Shown here: one piece after another, positions 27,801 through 38,903 of the stretch | How the letters are laid out: the number at the start of each line of letters is the position of its first letter | Position numbering within the stretch: position 1 is the stretch's first letter | Source of the DNA: Lytechinus pictus | Taxonomy: Eukaryota | Length of the DNA stretch: 64,000 nucleotides | Reading direction: 5' to 3' | Assembly: GCF_037042905.1 (NCBI RefSeq) | Contig: NC_087263.1 | Coordinates: forward strand, 11,348,001-11,412,000 | Position numbers and translations under genes: made by a program | Notes under the pieces: generated by a model | Seen by the model: only the letters and a program-made list of their open reading frames with translations | Databases searched by the model: none | What the model was told of the DNA's origin: nothing

Positions 27801-30800
27801 TATGGGACTGTCCAACCACCAACAAAATTGGTCGTGTTACGATATTGAATTAATGCCGAACAAATCACAGATAAAATTATGTTAAATAATTTTTGCTTTT
27901 TATTATTTACAGGTAAACAGATCGTACACTAAATAAATTATCTTATATATCTTGAGGAGTCGGTTCTAATTAATCAAAATATGATAATGCTGTATCAAAT
28001 TCATATAGGCTAGCAAGGCGTTCCTTAAGATGAAGTCCACAATGTTTACGATGATGAAATTGATGTTTAAATGCGATGAATAATTAAAGTCACTGTAGTG
28101 AGTTGAAATGTCCGTGAAGACGAAGTTGATGATGATAAGCAGTCGATTTCAGTAATTCCTGGGTTGAAATATGCTCTCTAGAACAGGTTGATGATCTTGA
28201 TGAGAACTGAAAATACAGTTCATTGATGGTGTGAAGATAATTCCACAAAAAGCAATGATGTATTCCACAAAGAGGTGAACTATTCTCTGACATTTAAGAC
28301 CTTTTCACACGTGAATCTTGAATCATCATTGTAATGATGATTGCTATTGTAATCGTTGAGATTAGCGTTCGTTATTCTAATCATGTTCTAGTTTGGTGTC
28401 ACACGTGATAAAAATTAGTTATTAGCCTTATTTTTCACTGCAATCATTCAAATTACGATTTTTTTTTACCGTGTGAAAGGGCGGGAAGTCCGGCGTTCTA
28501 CTCTGAGTTCTGATCTGAAGAAGAAACTTCCAGCTTTTATATATAAATTCCACTAATCTGGAAGCTTCTAGTATTGTCTTTAAAAAGGACTTTCTAATTC
28601 TTTCTAAAACTATATTATGGTCTTTTTACACGTGAATCTTGAATCATCATTGTAATGATGATTGCAATTCGGCTTTAGAATCATTGGACCTTACACACGT
28701 TCACTCGAAAACTGTGATTTGAGTGAAATTTAACTGAAATTTCACCTCCGGAGTAGAATTTGAATTCGTGATTGTGATTGGCGTTCTTGATTTTAATCAT
28801 GTTCCGGTTTGGTTTCATACGTGCTAATAATTCGTCATTAGCCTTATTTTTCACTGGAATAATCATTCAAACTACACTTTTGTTTACCGTGCGAATAGGG
28901 GGCAATTCTACATGTTCTAGAAGACTCTGAATGACCTCAGTAAAGTTAACAATGTAAACAACATAACAAATCCTTTTGTCTTTTTTCCTCACCAGCAGTC
29001 TCTATTGTCTGCCAAAATTATGGTACATTACAAAAATACCAGACATTTTTCTGCCTCATTTGATATGCGTAATTAGCAAAGCTTAACTGAGACATTCTGG
29101 AATATTCTTTATCACATTATCCTTAGAGAGGAAATGACTGAATATACTTGTAATTTCTCTTACAATTCTTCTTAAATATATCACTTGTATTTCCTGACTA
29201 ATCAAAGTTCACACTGGTAATGGATTGAGGTTAATAACATCAGAAAAATTGAAAAAAAATATGGCCAACGTTTGATTAATTCCGTTTGAATATATCAGGG
29301 TCGTGAATTTAAAAAAAAGTTTTGAATTTGTGACGTAACAGGCGAGCAACCCCTTCATTATATCGTGTGAAATAACTGAAATCGCCCCAAAAACCTCCTT
29401 CAAAAGAAAAAAAGCATGTTATCTATGTCGCGGAGTTATATAATTATCACCAGACAAATCATTTCATACCATCTTATACAAACATCCGCATTCATCATAT
29501 TCTATTTAATAAATGTAATGTATGAAAAGAAATATTACATGATATATGTGGAAGCTGCTCGGATATGACGTCACAGCCAACACACCCACACACATACAAA
29601 ATAATATACAGCCACACATTCACACACACACATGTGTGTGTATATATATATATGTTGTGACAGACCGTAAACTTTTTGGTGTGGTATCAAGGCAACTGGA
29701 TATAATTACTTGAGTCATCCCATTAATATCACCAAAATGACGAAATAACTCAATAATAATCATCATTCTAGCAGAAAACCAAATATGTTTGTCTGGTATC
29801 TAGGTGACGGATTGATTTCGATTGTATCATCCCACACTCTCAAAAAAACGCTTAAAACAACTTAGCCACGTTGGTTAATAAGTGAAACTGTGTAGGAAAA
29901 AAAATATTCATGTTACGAGCTCTTTTGTTTTACACAGCAGTTTATATATCCTGGTTCCATTATGGCTATAATCAACTTAATACTTGTTATATGAATATGT
30001 ATAGTTATTATGGGTATAATCGAAATAAACGATGATTCTGAAAATGTTGCGGTTTGGTACCACTCTGCCAATGAGAACGTATATATCATTAACAACAACC
30101 ACCAAAACAAAACCACACATTAGCCCGTAATCTGAATTTCAGTTTAATTAAAAATCTGGGCTCCGTAAACACAAAGGTTTGCGATGGATTGCAAATATGA
30201 AAGAACCGCACTGGTTGGTCCTTGGTCAGTATTTTAAACCAAATGCGCGTGTAACATTGATATTGATTGGTTAGTTCATTTAGCGATTGATCGCTAATCT
30301 TTGTATTACCATGATTATGGAGCCCTGGTCTAAAGCCGTATGTCTTAACTACGGATAACCAACTGAGTCTGAAGTCTCAAACATTAGAAATACAGTGTTA
30401 AAACATATCCTTCGCTCAAATTTTTAAAAAATAATTTGGAGAATTATAACATCAATAGTTTTCTTCAAGATATATTTGAAAAAGAAGTGTACAATGAAAA
30501 TACATTTTTGACTTTTCTGAGGGGCTTCTCATAACTTTAGCACCCTCTTAGACCATCATTAAAGTGGGCTTCAGAATACGAGTCATTTGCTTTAAGACAT
30601 CGAAGTGCCATTTAACATAGTGGAACAACAAAAAAATCTATCCAATGAATGTATTATCTGCTTTTTCACCTGAACATACATTATTTGCCACTTCACATTA
30701 TGATGATTCTGTTTTGCTTAATAACCAAATAAGAATTAATGAATGAATTCATTTATTTGAACGTCATCGGAATTTACCATTAGGCCTATTCTTGTTCGGA

Positions 30801-32466
30801 ACCAAAGTACAAAATAGTCCAAACAAATATACAACTTTGAGGAACACTAGTAAATGAACAAAACTTAAGTCCTCTTTCAGTAAATATCTCATAGCATAAA
30901 TAATAGAAAAGATAGATAAGCATGCAGGGGAGAAAGGGACAGAGAAACAAAAATGAGAAAGTTTGTAAGTGAGAGAGAGAATAAAAAATGACGAAGGAGG
31001 ATGAAAAGAGTGATATGAAGAAAATAGACGGAAAAAAATATCGTCAGCCATGATTCATTATTACGTTGCAACTTGAATACCTTATATAACACACAAATAC
31101 GGGTTGCATATATAAAGAGTTTAGTTGCAAAAGGGGTTAGGTCCACTTTGGACCATTCCGAGAAAAACCATGTTTTTTTATTCTCACTTATTGCAATATT
31201 CTTATGAGAAACTAAATTGTCATGATGTACTACCATATCATGTGAACATAAAATTAGGTATACAAGAAATCTACCTGTCTTCAATTTTTTTCTATACATG
31301 TTTTACTAAAAAAAATATTATTGCGGACCTAACCCCTTTTGCAAGCAAACTGAAATGAATCCAATCTTTTTTTATTAAAATAGTTATTTTTCTTTGCCAC
31401 TTTCATTCACGTTTTCATTTGAATTTCAAATTGTCTTTGGTATCATCAGAGTGACTAGAAATTTAGCGGTTTAGAGACAGAGCAATAAATTTATAAAAAA
31501 ATGACCTAACCCCTTTTGACAAATGAGTTCTTCAGAAGAGTTTGGTTGCAAATGGGTTAGGTCCACTCCAAGAATTTTTTTTTTTTTATTCTCCCATATT
31601 GCAACATTCTTAGGCGAAACTGAATTTGCATGATACCCTACCATGAGAACATAGAGTTGGGTATAAGAGAAATCTACCTGTCTTCATATTTTTTAAGATA
31701 TTCTTTTCCAAAAAAAATATGCGTGGACCTAACCCCTTTTGAAAAAAAAGTGATTTTTGTTTGCCGTTTTAGTTCACTTTTTTTAATAGGAATTTCAACT
31801 TTTCTTTGGTATCATCTTATAGAGCTACTAAAAATCTATACATTGAGACATAACAATCAAATTTGATGAAAAATGGACCTAACCCCTTTTGCAAGTGAGC
31901 TCTTCATATACAGTTAACATAAATAATTGACTGATTGTTTTTATTTTCGTAAGAAGTAACTTGTCAATCATGGATACATTCTCCACCATGCATATACATG
32001 TAGCTTTCTGATATGCCGATGTTTACTGGGTTTTCAACAATTTAGGCTTTAATCCATAATGTCTAAGTGTATTGATCTTCTTATGTGTACCTAGAAACCT
32101 TTGTATCTTTTGTTTTTAAGTCGGTGTAAAGAAACTACTACTTGGAACACAAGTTAAGACAATCATTAAACATCGGTGGGGCGGGGGTGTATTTTTTTTG
32201 TATGTTAGCTTGATCCCGACTAAAATCACACTTAAATTTACAAAAGCGTTTGGTATACACCGCAATATCGTCTAGGTCAGATAAGACTAAATTCATTATC
32301 ATGTGAAATACTCGAGGTCCTTATCGAAATTATAAACAATTATGCTTTGCTATCTCTGTATTTGAATCATAACAAATAAAAGATATTCACAATGTGAATT
32401 AAAAACATAATACAGATTAAGATATGCCCGGGTCGGGGTCATGACTGCCATGCGCGCGCGTGTATG

Positions 32467-32497
<31 letters not shown>

Positions 32498-32600
32498 GAT
32501 ACAAATTAAAATATATACTCACAGAGGAATGGCTAAAAGACAAGATTACAAAAACGAAGATCAAAGATCTCACTAGTGCACTCCCTAGCGTTAATCCCAT
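21888..32600 (-). CDS. Secreted, probably GPI-anchored protein with two fibronectin type III domains (~241 aa, 4 coding exons)
   Basis: Exon 32600-32523 is a signal peptide (MGLTLGSALVRSLIFVFVILSFSHSS, gtgagt donor). Exon 25842-25572 is FN3 (TTPTTISVFW...FMGLRPNTVYTVAV). Exon 23241-22996 is FN3-like (VSDVTSDSAFLQW...LMPDT). Exon 22018-21888 is a spacer plus RNSGSS and a hydrophobic C-terminus. All introns GT-AG with compatible phases 0/1/1; 726 nt in total. Confidence 0.8.
22145..22860. mobile_element. Tandem pair of GAAGAG...CTCTTC MITE units; same family at ~31113-31905
   Basis: Repeated gatctaacccc-tttgcaaa motifs and a head-to-tail junction ttcagaagagttt at both loci. Confidence 0.65.
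24471..24770 (+). mobile_element. tRNA-derived SINE
   Basis: A box TGGTCTAGTGG, B box GGTTCGATTCC, shared core cacattgtgctgcactc-acccaggtgaggtgaatgggtacc and (TTA)n-like tail. Relatives at ~42276-42545, 46438-46740, ~46853-47000, 57030-57319 (-) and ~19020-19117 (-). Confidence 0.85.
24857..25070. repeat. Imperfect ~210-bp palindrome, probably a MITE interior
   Basis: attcctttgaaaatgcaattaaaatcacaat ... attgtgattttaattgcatttttaaaggaat arms. Confidence 0.8.
26752..26842. repeat. Perfect palindrome with 45-bp arms and a 1-nt centre
   Basis: atgagatgaggcgaggccaactcaacagatgacgcaggacaccat-t-reverse complement; abuts a (TA)n tract. Confidence 0.95.
30159..30324. mobile_element. Short GGCTCCG-ended MITE with CTG flanks (PIF/Harbinger-like); relatives at ~8288-8435 and ~47110-47270
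   Basis: ctgGGCTCCGTAA ... TTATGGAGCCctg. Confidence 0.6.
31113..31905. mobile_element. Tandem pair of GAAGAG...CTCTTC MITE units
   Basis: ttgcaaaaggggttaggtcca / tggacctaacccctttttgcaa inverted ends, with TA-rich flanks. Confidence 0.7.
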
Positions 32601-33575
32601 TTTAGATAGTAAGCGAGAAAATGCCCGATGCAGAATGATAGTCGACTGTCAAAAACTGGAATTTGTTTCACCCAGACACCCGATTTATTCATTTGATGAC
32701 ATGATTTGTTTTTAGAATATTTATGCTACATTTAATTAGTTATGTACATGCTTATACAAGCAACAGTCAAAGTATGTTAATCACATTTTATAAAACCACG
32801 AGAATGAGGCGTAACCGCCCGGCATATTTTTGCGGGGTAGATTTCGATATTTATGCTTCTTGAGTTTTGTAAATATATTTACGGGAATTTTTTTCCTATT
32901 TCAGTTTATAATAATTTGCTTCCGGGGCTTACCAGTTAAATTAATTGCTACAAGCTACATTGGCACGAGCTGAATTGTCTGACTTTGTATAGTCATATTT
33001 ATTCGATAAGAAATAATCAGATAAGTAAACGGTTTGTATTAATTAAAATGCGTTTCGATTAAGCTGATATTGGATTTTCAATATAAATGGGATTAGCTTT
33101 ATTATGCATCAAGACAAGAATAGAGAGAGTCAATCTATTTCTTATTCTATTACAGTTGATTTAGCAGGGGTAAAAACACAAACTGTCAAGAATAACTATA
33201 ACCAAACTTTTACTCAAATTTATCAGTGTGTGCACCAACGATTGGTGAACATTTTTGCTCAGCAATTGTTTAAAATGTTTGACCACATGTTTTGTGTAGT
33301 TTTATAAGTACGAACGTTGGAAAACAAAATGGGGGTTAAAGGGTGAGTGATCTTGGGTGAACTGACCAACCTTTCGTGTGGTCTCTCACTGACTGTGGGG
33401 GAGTGTGGGTTATAGAAAATATAGTCTTAAACGTATATATTTTTAAATGATCAGTATGAATTAGCCTATGGTTATATTCATAAAGAGAAACTATATTTTT
33501 TTTAGAGTAAAGTACTTGTTTTTGTCTACAATGTTAAACATCGGAATGTTGTCTGTCATGGTAACACATTCTTAT

Positions 33576-33816
33576 ACTGCAAAAACTCCGGTGTTGATTT
33601 AACACCAGCCCGGAATCTATATATGTCCACACCAGAGAAGTGTTAAACAACACCGGTTTTGGTATTAGTCTAACACCAGATAGGTGTTTATACAACATCA
33701 ATTAGTATTAAAACAGCATCGGTTTGATTCCAAACTGGTGTTGTTTCAATACTTCTCTGGTGTGGACATATATAGATTCCAAACTGGTGTTAAATCAACA
33801 CCAGAGTTTTTGCATG
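33576..33816. mobile_element. Palindromic MITE
   Basis: tgcaaaaactccggtgttgatttaacaccag ... ctggtgttaaatcaacaccagagtttttgca arms. Confidence 0.85.
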
Positions 33817-34435
33817 TAGGTTTTAAAAGCATGTATGAGCTATACTTTGACACAAAAATGTGCATTGATTGAAGTTATGTACATAATCAGTATATTTCAC
33901 CTCGCTCTCATTGCTATATCGGTAAATAGAGATGTCCTTGTGGACGAACTTACATGTACTTTATTTTCCAAAAATGCTAAAAACAGATAATTTAATTAAG
34001 TTCCACCTTTACGCATTTCCATGCAGCTCATTGTGTACGATCATTGGATGAGCATTTCAAAATAGATCGTATAGTTTATTTTAGGCTACTAATTGTTTTG
34101 TCCATCAGAGATGATCAGATGCCAACCGCAATTCTTAGATAAAGTGATACATCCAACGATAAGTTTTGTCTATCTTCGGGAAGTCAACACCGAAATGCAA
34201 ACTCGAAGGTTTAATAATAGTCCACTTTAATCTCTTGAACATACATACAATCAACATTGCTCTCGATTTGTAACGAGATCTGAATATATAAATTCATGGC
34301 CTTAAATGGATGCTCCGGGCTGAGAATATTCATATTTAGATAAATAGAGCAGAATTCACAGAGCAAAATGCTAAAAAAATGTTATCAAACTCTGATGACA
34401 AGTAGCGAAGTTATGGCATTTTAAAGATTTGCTTT

Positions 34436-34768
34436 AGTAGTTATGGGTTAGACCTGGGCTCACTTGACCTTTGACCTTTGACCGCATGACCTTTGACCCC
34501 AACTTCCGGTCACTGCTGACCCCGTGACCCCACCTTCCGGTCAATCATGACCTTTGACCTTTGGGTACGCGGTAAACAGGAAATTGGATAATGAAGCGCG
34601 GGGACGTGATTTTAATTGGATAATGACTCCGCGTGGGGACGCCATCTTAATTGGATAATGAAGCGCGGGGACGCCATCTTAATTGGATAATGAAGCGCGG
34701 GGACGCCATCTTAATTGGATAATGAAGCGCGGGGACGCGACGCATGACGTCACCTGCTACATAAGCAC
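34436..34768 (+). repeat. Left terminal TIR (copy 1) with five ~32-bp subrepeats
   Basis: Unit aattggataatgaagcgcggggacgccatctt, with TGACCTT repeats near the terminus. Confidence 0.9.
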
Positions 34769-35107
34769 GTGAGCCTTTTCTTTAGCGTCTTCCTCTTCCA
34801 TTCCTTCTGAGATGTATTTCTGATATTTTTCGTCTCTCAAGTCCTTGGTGGCCGTCATGGCTTGCTCCAACCATCCGCGATAAGCGAGGTTGTCTTCAGT
34901 TTCTTCCATGTTTGCTGTCAGTGACGATTCGTGTCCATCGCTTTCTGATACGCTCGTTTCGGAATCATCGTTGGATTCTTCAACTCTTTGCATTTGAGAG
35001 GGTGGGTCGGAGTCTTCATCTTCACTCGTTTCTTCTCCAGTATCATGCTCATTTTGTTCATGCCTCTGCATATCATACTTCCTACTAAAGGTTTTATCGC
35101 ATCGTGA
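34766..35107 (-). pseudogene. 342-bp internal fragment of the zinc-finger ORF trapped between two TIR copies
   Basis: Identical by eye to 36837-37178; lacks the native start and C-terminus. Confidence 0.85.
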
Positions 35108-35110
35108 TGG

Positions 35111-35440
35111 GTTATGGGTTAGACCTGGGCTCACTTGACCTTTGACCTTTGACCGCATGACCTTTGACCCCAACTTCCGGTCACTGCTGACCCCGTGACC
35201 CCACCTTCCGGTCAATCATGACCTTTGACCTTTGGGTACGCGGTAAACAGGAAATTGGATAATGAAGCGCGGGGACGTGATTTTAATTGGATAATGACTC
35301 CGCGTGTGGACGCCATCTTAATTGGATAATGAAGCGCGGGGACGCCATCTTAATTGGATAATGAAGCGCGGGGACGCCATCTTAATTGGATAATGAAGCG
35401 CGGGGACGCGACGCATGACGTCACCTGCTACATAAGCACC
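35111..35440 (+). repeat. Internal TIR (copy 2), a direct repeat of copy 1 at 671-bp period
   Basis: Begins ATGGGTTATGGGTTAG instead of AGTAGTTATGGGTTAG; otherwise near-identical. Confidence 0.9.
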
Positions 35441-36563
35441 GTGATGTCATCCCAGGGAATTACCCTTTACACGGTATTGCACCACCGTGGCGCAATCGCC
35501 ACGTATTGGTGACTTTCGGTCGACCTTATCACACGATGCAGCGACGTTGCACGGGTATTTTTAGCATATGATACGATGCACAAAAAGACATCTTTGCAGT
35601 TTCCTATTTAAAAAGTTATCTTTTTCCGCCTACCGGTAGATATGTCAAGTGCCTCGCATGACGTCACCATGATATGGTGTTAGCGACGCAACCACCGTGA
35701 TGTCATTCCAGGGAATTACCCTTATCGCACCGTATCGGTATTGCACCACCGTGGCGCAATCGTCACGTAAAGGATACGATGCACAAAACAGACGTATGAT
35801 CTCTACACAGTTTCCTATTGAAAAAGTTATCTTTCTCCGCCTACCGGCAGATATGTCAAGTGCCTCGCGGTTCACGAATCGATCACCCCATGCACGGCCA
35901 ACGCGCGTCATTGAACTTGGGATATCCTATTGGAAAGGTGAAAGCCGACTCTCTCTCTGCCTCTTATTTCAACAATTATTGGTAATCCAACGTGTGATTA
36001 TAATCATGATAATAGTGACATCTCAGGCTCTACTCCAGACTTGTCCCCATCAAAACTCTCTGACTTTTTCATACTGTTTTGCTCATACTTCCATACTTTT
36101 CATTTTAACTCACACGACCTGCCAGGCTCTCTGACTCGCAAAAAGTATATTAAAACCAGTATATATGACTCCTTTAAATCAACTTCATTCATCCGCAGTA
36201 CAGATGGTGATAACATGAAACACTATACAGTCAAGGATGATTCTTTATTCTTATCATTTATTCTATTCCATTTCAATGTAGATATGTTCAGATAGTGTAT
36301 TAACAGCAGATTTTGATACAAAGGTAAAATAATGTAAGTTATGTTCTCAAATTATGTTGTAATAACAAACTAATTGTTAACTGTTCATTGTTAATATTAA
36401 AGTGAAGTTCTCGTTTTTCTATTTATTCGCTTAACTTAATGGATTGTAACACATGTCTATGGATGGCATTCAGAAAATATGAACAGAATGAAGTTCAAAC
36501 TGTCATTTATGTTGACGGCGTTTTCTTGGATTATTATTATTCGACAAGCTGATGTTTGTGCCT

Positions 36564-37214
36564 TTAGTTGTAGACTCCATCTTCACCCTCCGTTTCTTCT
36601 CCACCATCATCATTATCGTCATCGTCACCTTGATACTGGAATAAACCATCGAATTGTGAACCATGCCTGGCTAACACTCTCTGTACGGCTTTCCGGAATC
36701 CCATGCCATTCTCTAATCTTTCCGTGAGATCGGACACGATTTCACGATTGATGTCAGCGTCTTCGAGGTACACGTTCTGCTGCAAGAACTGAGAGTAAAG
36801 ATCGAAAAAGATGCGTTTGATTGCCCACATTAGTTTCACGTGAGCCTTTTCTTTAGCGTCTTCCTCTTCCATTCCTTCTGAGATGTATTTCTGATATTTT
36901 TCGTCTCTCAAGTCCTTGGTGGCCGTCATGGCTTGCTCCAACCATCCGCGATAAGCGAGGTTGTCTTCAGTTTCTTCCATGTTTGCTGTCAGTGACGATT
37001 CGTGTCCATCGCTTTCTGATACGCTCGTTTCGGAATCATCGTTGGATTCTTCAACTCTTTGCATTTGAGAGGGTGGGTCGGAGTCTTCATCTTCACTCGT
37101 TTCTTCTCCAGTATCATGCTCATTTTGTTCATGCCTCTGCATATCATACTTCCTACTAAAGGTTTTATCGCATCGTGAACAAGCGTAACGGTTGGAAATA
37201 TCCAACGTATTCAT
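36564..37214 (-). CDS. Element-borne protein of 216 aa from the first ATG: single N-terminal C2H2 zinc finger, acidic tract, probably helical middle, acidic tail
   Basis: YACSRCDKTFSRKYDMQRHEQNEH fits C-x2-C-x12-H-x4-H. Intronless, with TATAA ~55 bp upstream and AATAAA at 36427-36422 on the same strand. Confidence 0.8.
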   Translation of the reverse strand: MNTLDISNRYACSRCDKTFSRKYDMQRHEQNEHDTGEETSEDEDSDPPSQMQRVEESNDDSETSVSESDGHESSLTANMEETEDNLAYRGWLEQAMTATKDLRDEKYQKYISEGMEEEDAKEKAHVKLMWAIKRIFFDLYSQFLQQNVYLEDADINREIVSDLTERLENGMGFRKAVQRVLARHGSQFDGLFQYQGDDDDNDDGGEETEGEDGVYN

Positions 37215-37304
37215 GCTGACTCGATGATTATTTGTTGGGAATTGAAGAAAATTAACGTTCAACCTTGTAATTATAGGTAATCATGAAACGCGCGCGAAGG
37301 TACT

Positions 37305-37577
37305 TTGATCCTTACGGATTCTTACGGATTTTTACGGATGTTTACGGATTGTTACGGATTCTTATGGATCCTTACGGATTCTTACGGATTCTTACGGATG
37401 TTTACGGATTCTTACGGATTCTTACGGATGTTTACGGATTTTTACGGATTCTTACGGATTCTTACGGATGTTTACGGATTTTTACGGATTCTTACGGATT
37501 TTTACGGATTCTTACGGACTCTTACGGATGTTTACGGATTGTTACGGATTCTTACGGATCCTTACGGATTTCTTACG
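37305..37577 (+). repeat. 10-bp minisatellite (TTACGGATTC variants)
   Basis: Direct reading; roughly 27 units. Confidence 0.95.
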
Positions 37578-37655
37578 TATTTATCAATGCTTTCATATAA
37601 TCTCAAGGAAAATATGTTCATCCACATTAGAATGACCCATGTAAGGATGCATAAG

Positions 37656-37940
37656 AATTTGTAAACATCCATAAAAATCCGTAAACATCCGTAAACATCC
37701 GTAAGAATCCGTAAAAAATCCGTAAGAATCCGTAAGAATCCGTAAGAATCCGTAAAAATCCGTAAACATCCGTAAACATCCGTAAGAATCCGTAAAAATC
37801 CGTAAAAATCCGTAAACATCCGTAAGAATCCGTAAACATCCGTAAGAATCCGTAAGAATCCGTAAGAATCCGTAAAAATCCGTAAACATCCGTAAGAATC
37901 CGTAAGAATCCGTAAACATCCGTAAGAATCCGTAAACATC
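37656..37940 (-). repeat. Same 10-bp minisatellite in inverted orientation (GAATCCGTAA variants)
   Basis: Direct reading; roughly 28 units, separated from the first array by ~80 bp. Confidence 0.95.
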
Positions 37941-37956
37941 TAAAGAAAAGGCTCAC

Positions 37957-38286
37957 GTGCTTATGTAGCAGGTGACGTCATGCGTCGCGTCCCCGCGCTT
38001 CATTATCCAATTAAGATGGCGTCCCCGCGCTTCATTATCCAATTAAGATGGCGTCCCCGCGCTTCATTATCCAATTAAGATGGCGTCCCCACGCGGAGTC
38101 ATTATCCAATTAAAATCACGTCCCCGCGCTTCATTATCCAATTTCCTGTTTACCGCGTACCCAAAGGTCAAAGGTCATGATTGACCGGAAGGTGGGGTCA
38201 CGGGGTCAGCAGTGACCGGAAGTTGGGGTCAAAGGTCATGCGGTCAAAGGTCAAAGGTCAAGTGAGCCCAGGTCTAACCCATAACC
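37957..38286 (-). repeat. Internal TIR (copy 3), reverse orientation
   Basis: Reverse complement of copies 1 and 2; carries both of their junction sequences. Confidence 0.9.
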
Positions 38287-38288
38287 CA

Positions 38289-38903
38289 TCACGATGCGAT
38301 AAAACCTTTAGTAGGAAGTATGATATGCAGAGGCATGAACAAAATGAGCATGATACTGGAGAAGAAACGAGTGAAGATGAAGACTCCGACCCACCCTCTC
38401 AAATGCAAAGAGTTGAAGAATCCAACGATGATTCCGAAACGAGCGTATCAGAAAGCGATGGACACGAATCGTCACTGACAGCAAACATGGAAGAAACTGA
38501 AGACAACCTCGCTTATCGCGGATGGTTGGAGCAAGCCATGACGGCCACCAAGGACTTGAGAGACGAAAAATATCAGAAATACATCTCAGAAGGAATGGAA
38601 GAGGAAGACGCTAAAGAAAAGGCTCACGTGAAACTAATGTGGGCAATCAAACGCATCTTTTTCGATCTTTACTCTCAGTTCTTGCAGCAGAACGTGTACC
38701 TCGAAGACGCTGACATCAATCGTGAAATCGTGTCCGATCTCACGGAAAGATTAGAGAATGGCATGGGATTCCGGAAAGCCGTACAGAGAGTGTTAGCCAG
38801 GCATGGTTCACAATTCGATGGTTTATTCCAGTATCAAGGTGACGATGACGATAATGATGATGGTGGAGAAGAAACGGAGGGTGAAGATGGAGTCTACAAC
38901 TAA
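38289..38903 (+). pseudogene. 5'-truncated inverted duplicate of the zinc-finger ORF fused to TIR sequence
   Basis: Identical protein from SRCDKTF to the stop. The first zinc-ligand Cys and native ATG are lost (NPSRC versus YACSRC); the track start at 38181 is TTG. Confidence 0.75.

Noticed and set aside
34581..34740. CRISPR-like ~32-bp repeats in the TIRs
   Set aside because: Units are contiguous tandem repeats with no unique spacers, there are no cas genes, and the context is eukaryotic.
35645..36295. Short ORFs in the element body (88-145 aa) and their mirrors at 39172-39806
   Set aside because: No motifs, they overlap tandem repeats, and the 16-bp indel between arms changes one frame without apparent constraint.
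37283..37956. Five overlapping ORFs of repeating TDSYGFLR-like peptides
   Set aside because: By-product of a 10-bp minisatellite that lacks stop codons; the same peptide appears in several frames and on both strands.
38181..38903. 240-aa ORF as a genuine novel gene (and the 152-aa ORF at 34757-35215)
   Set aside because: Starts at TTG within TIR sequence; it is a rearrangement fusion that breaks the zinc finger.
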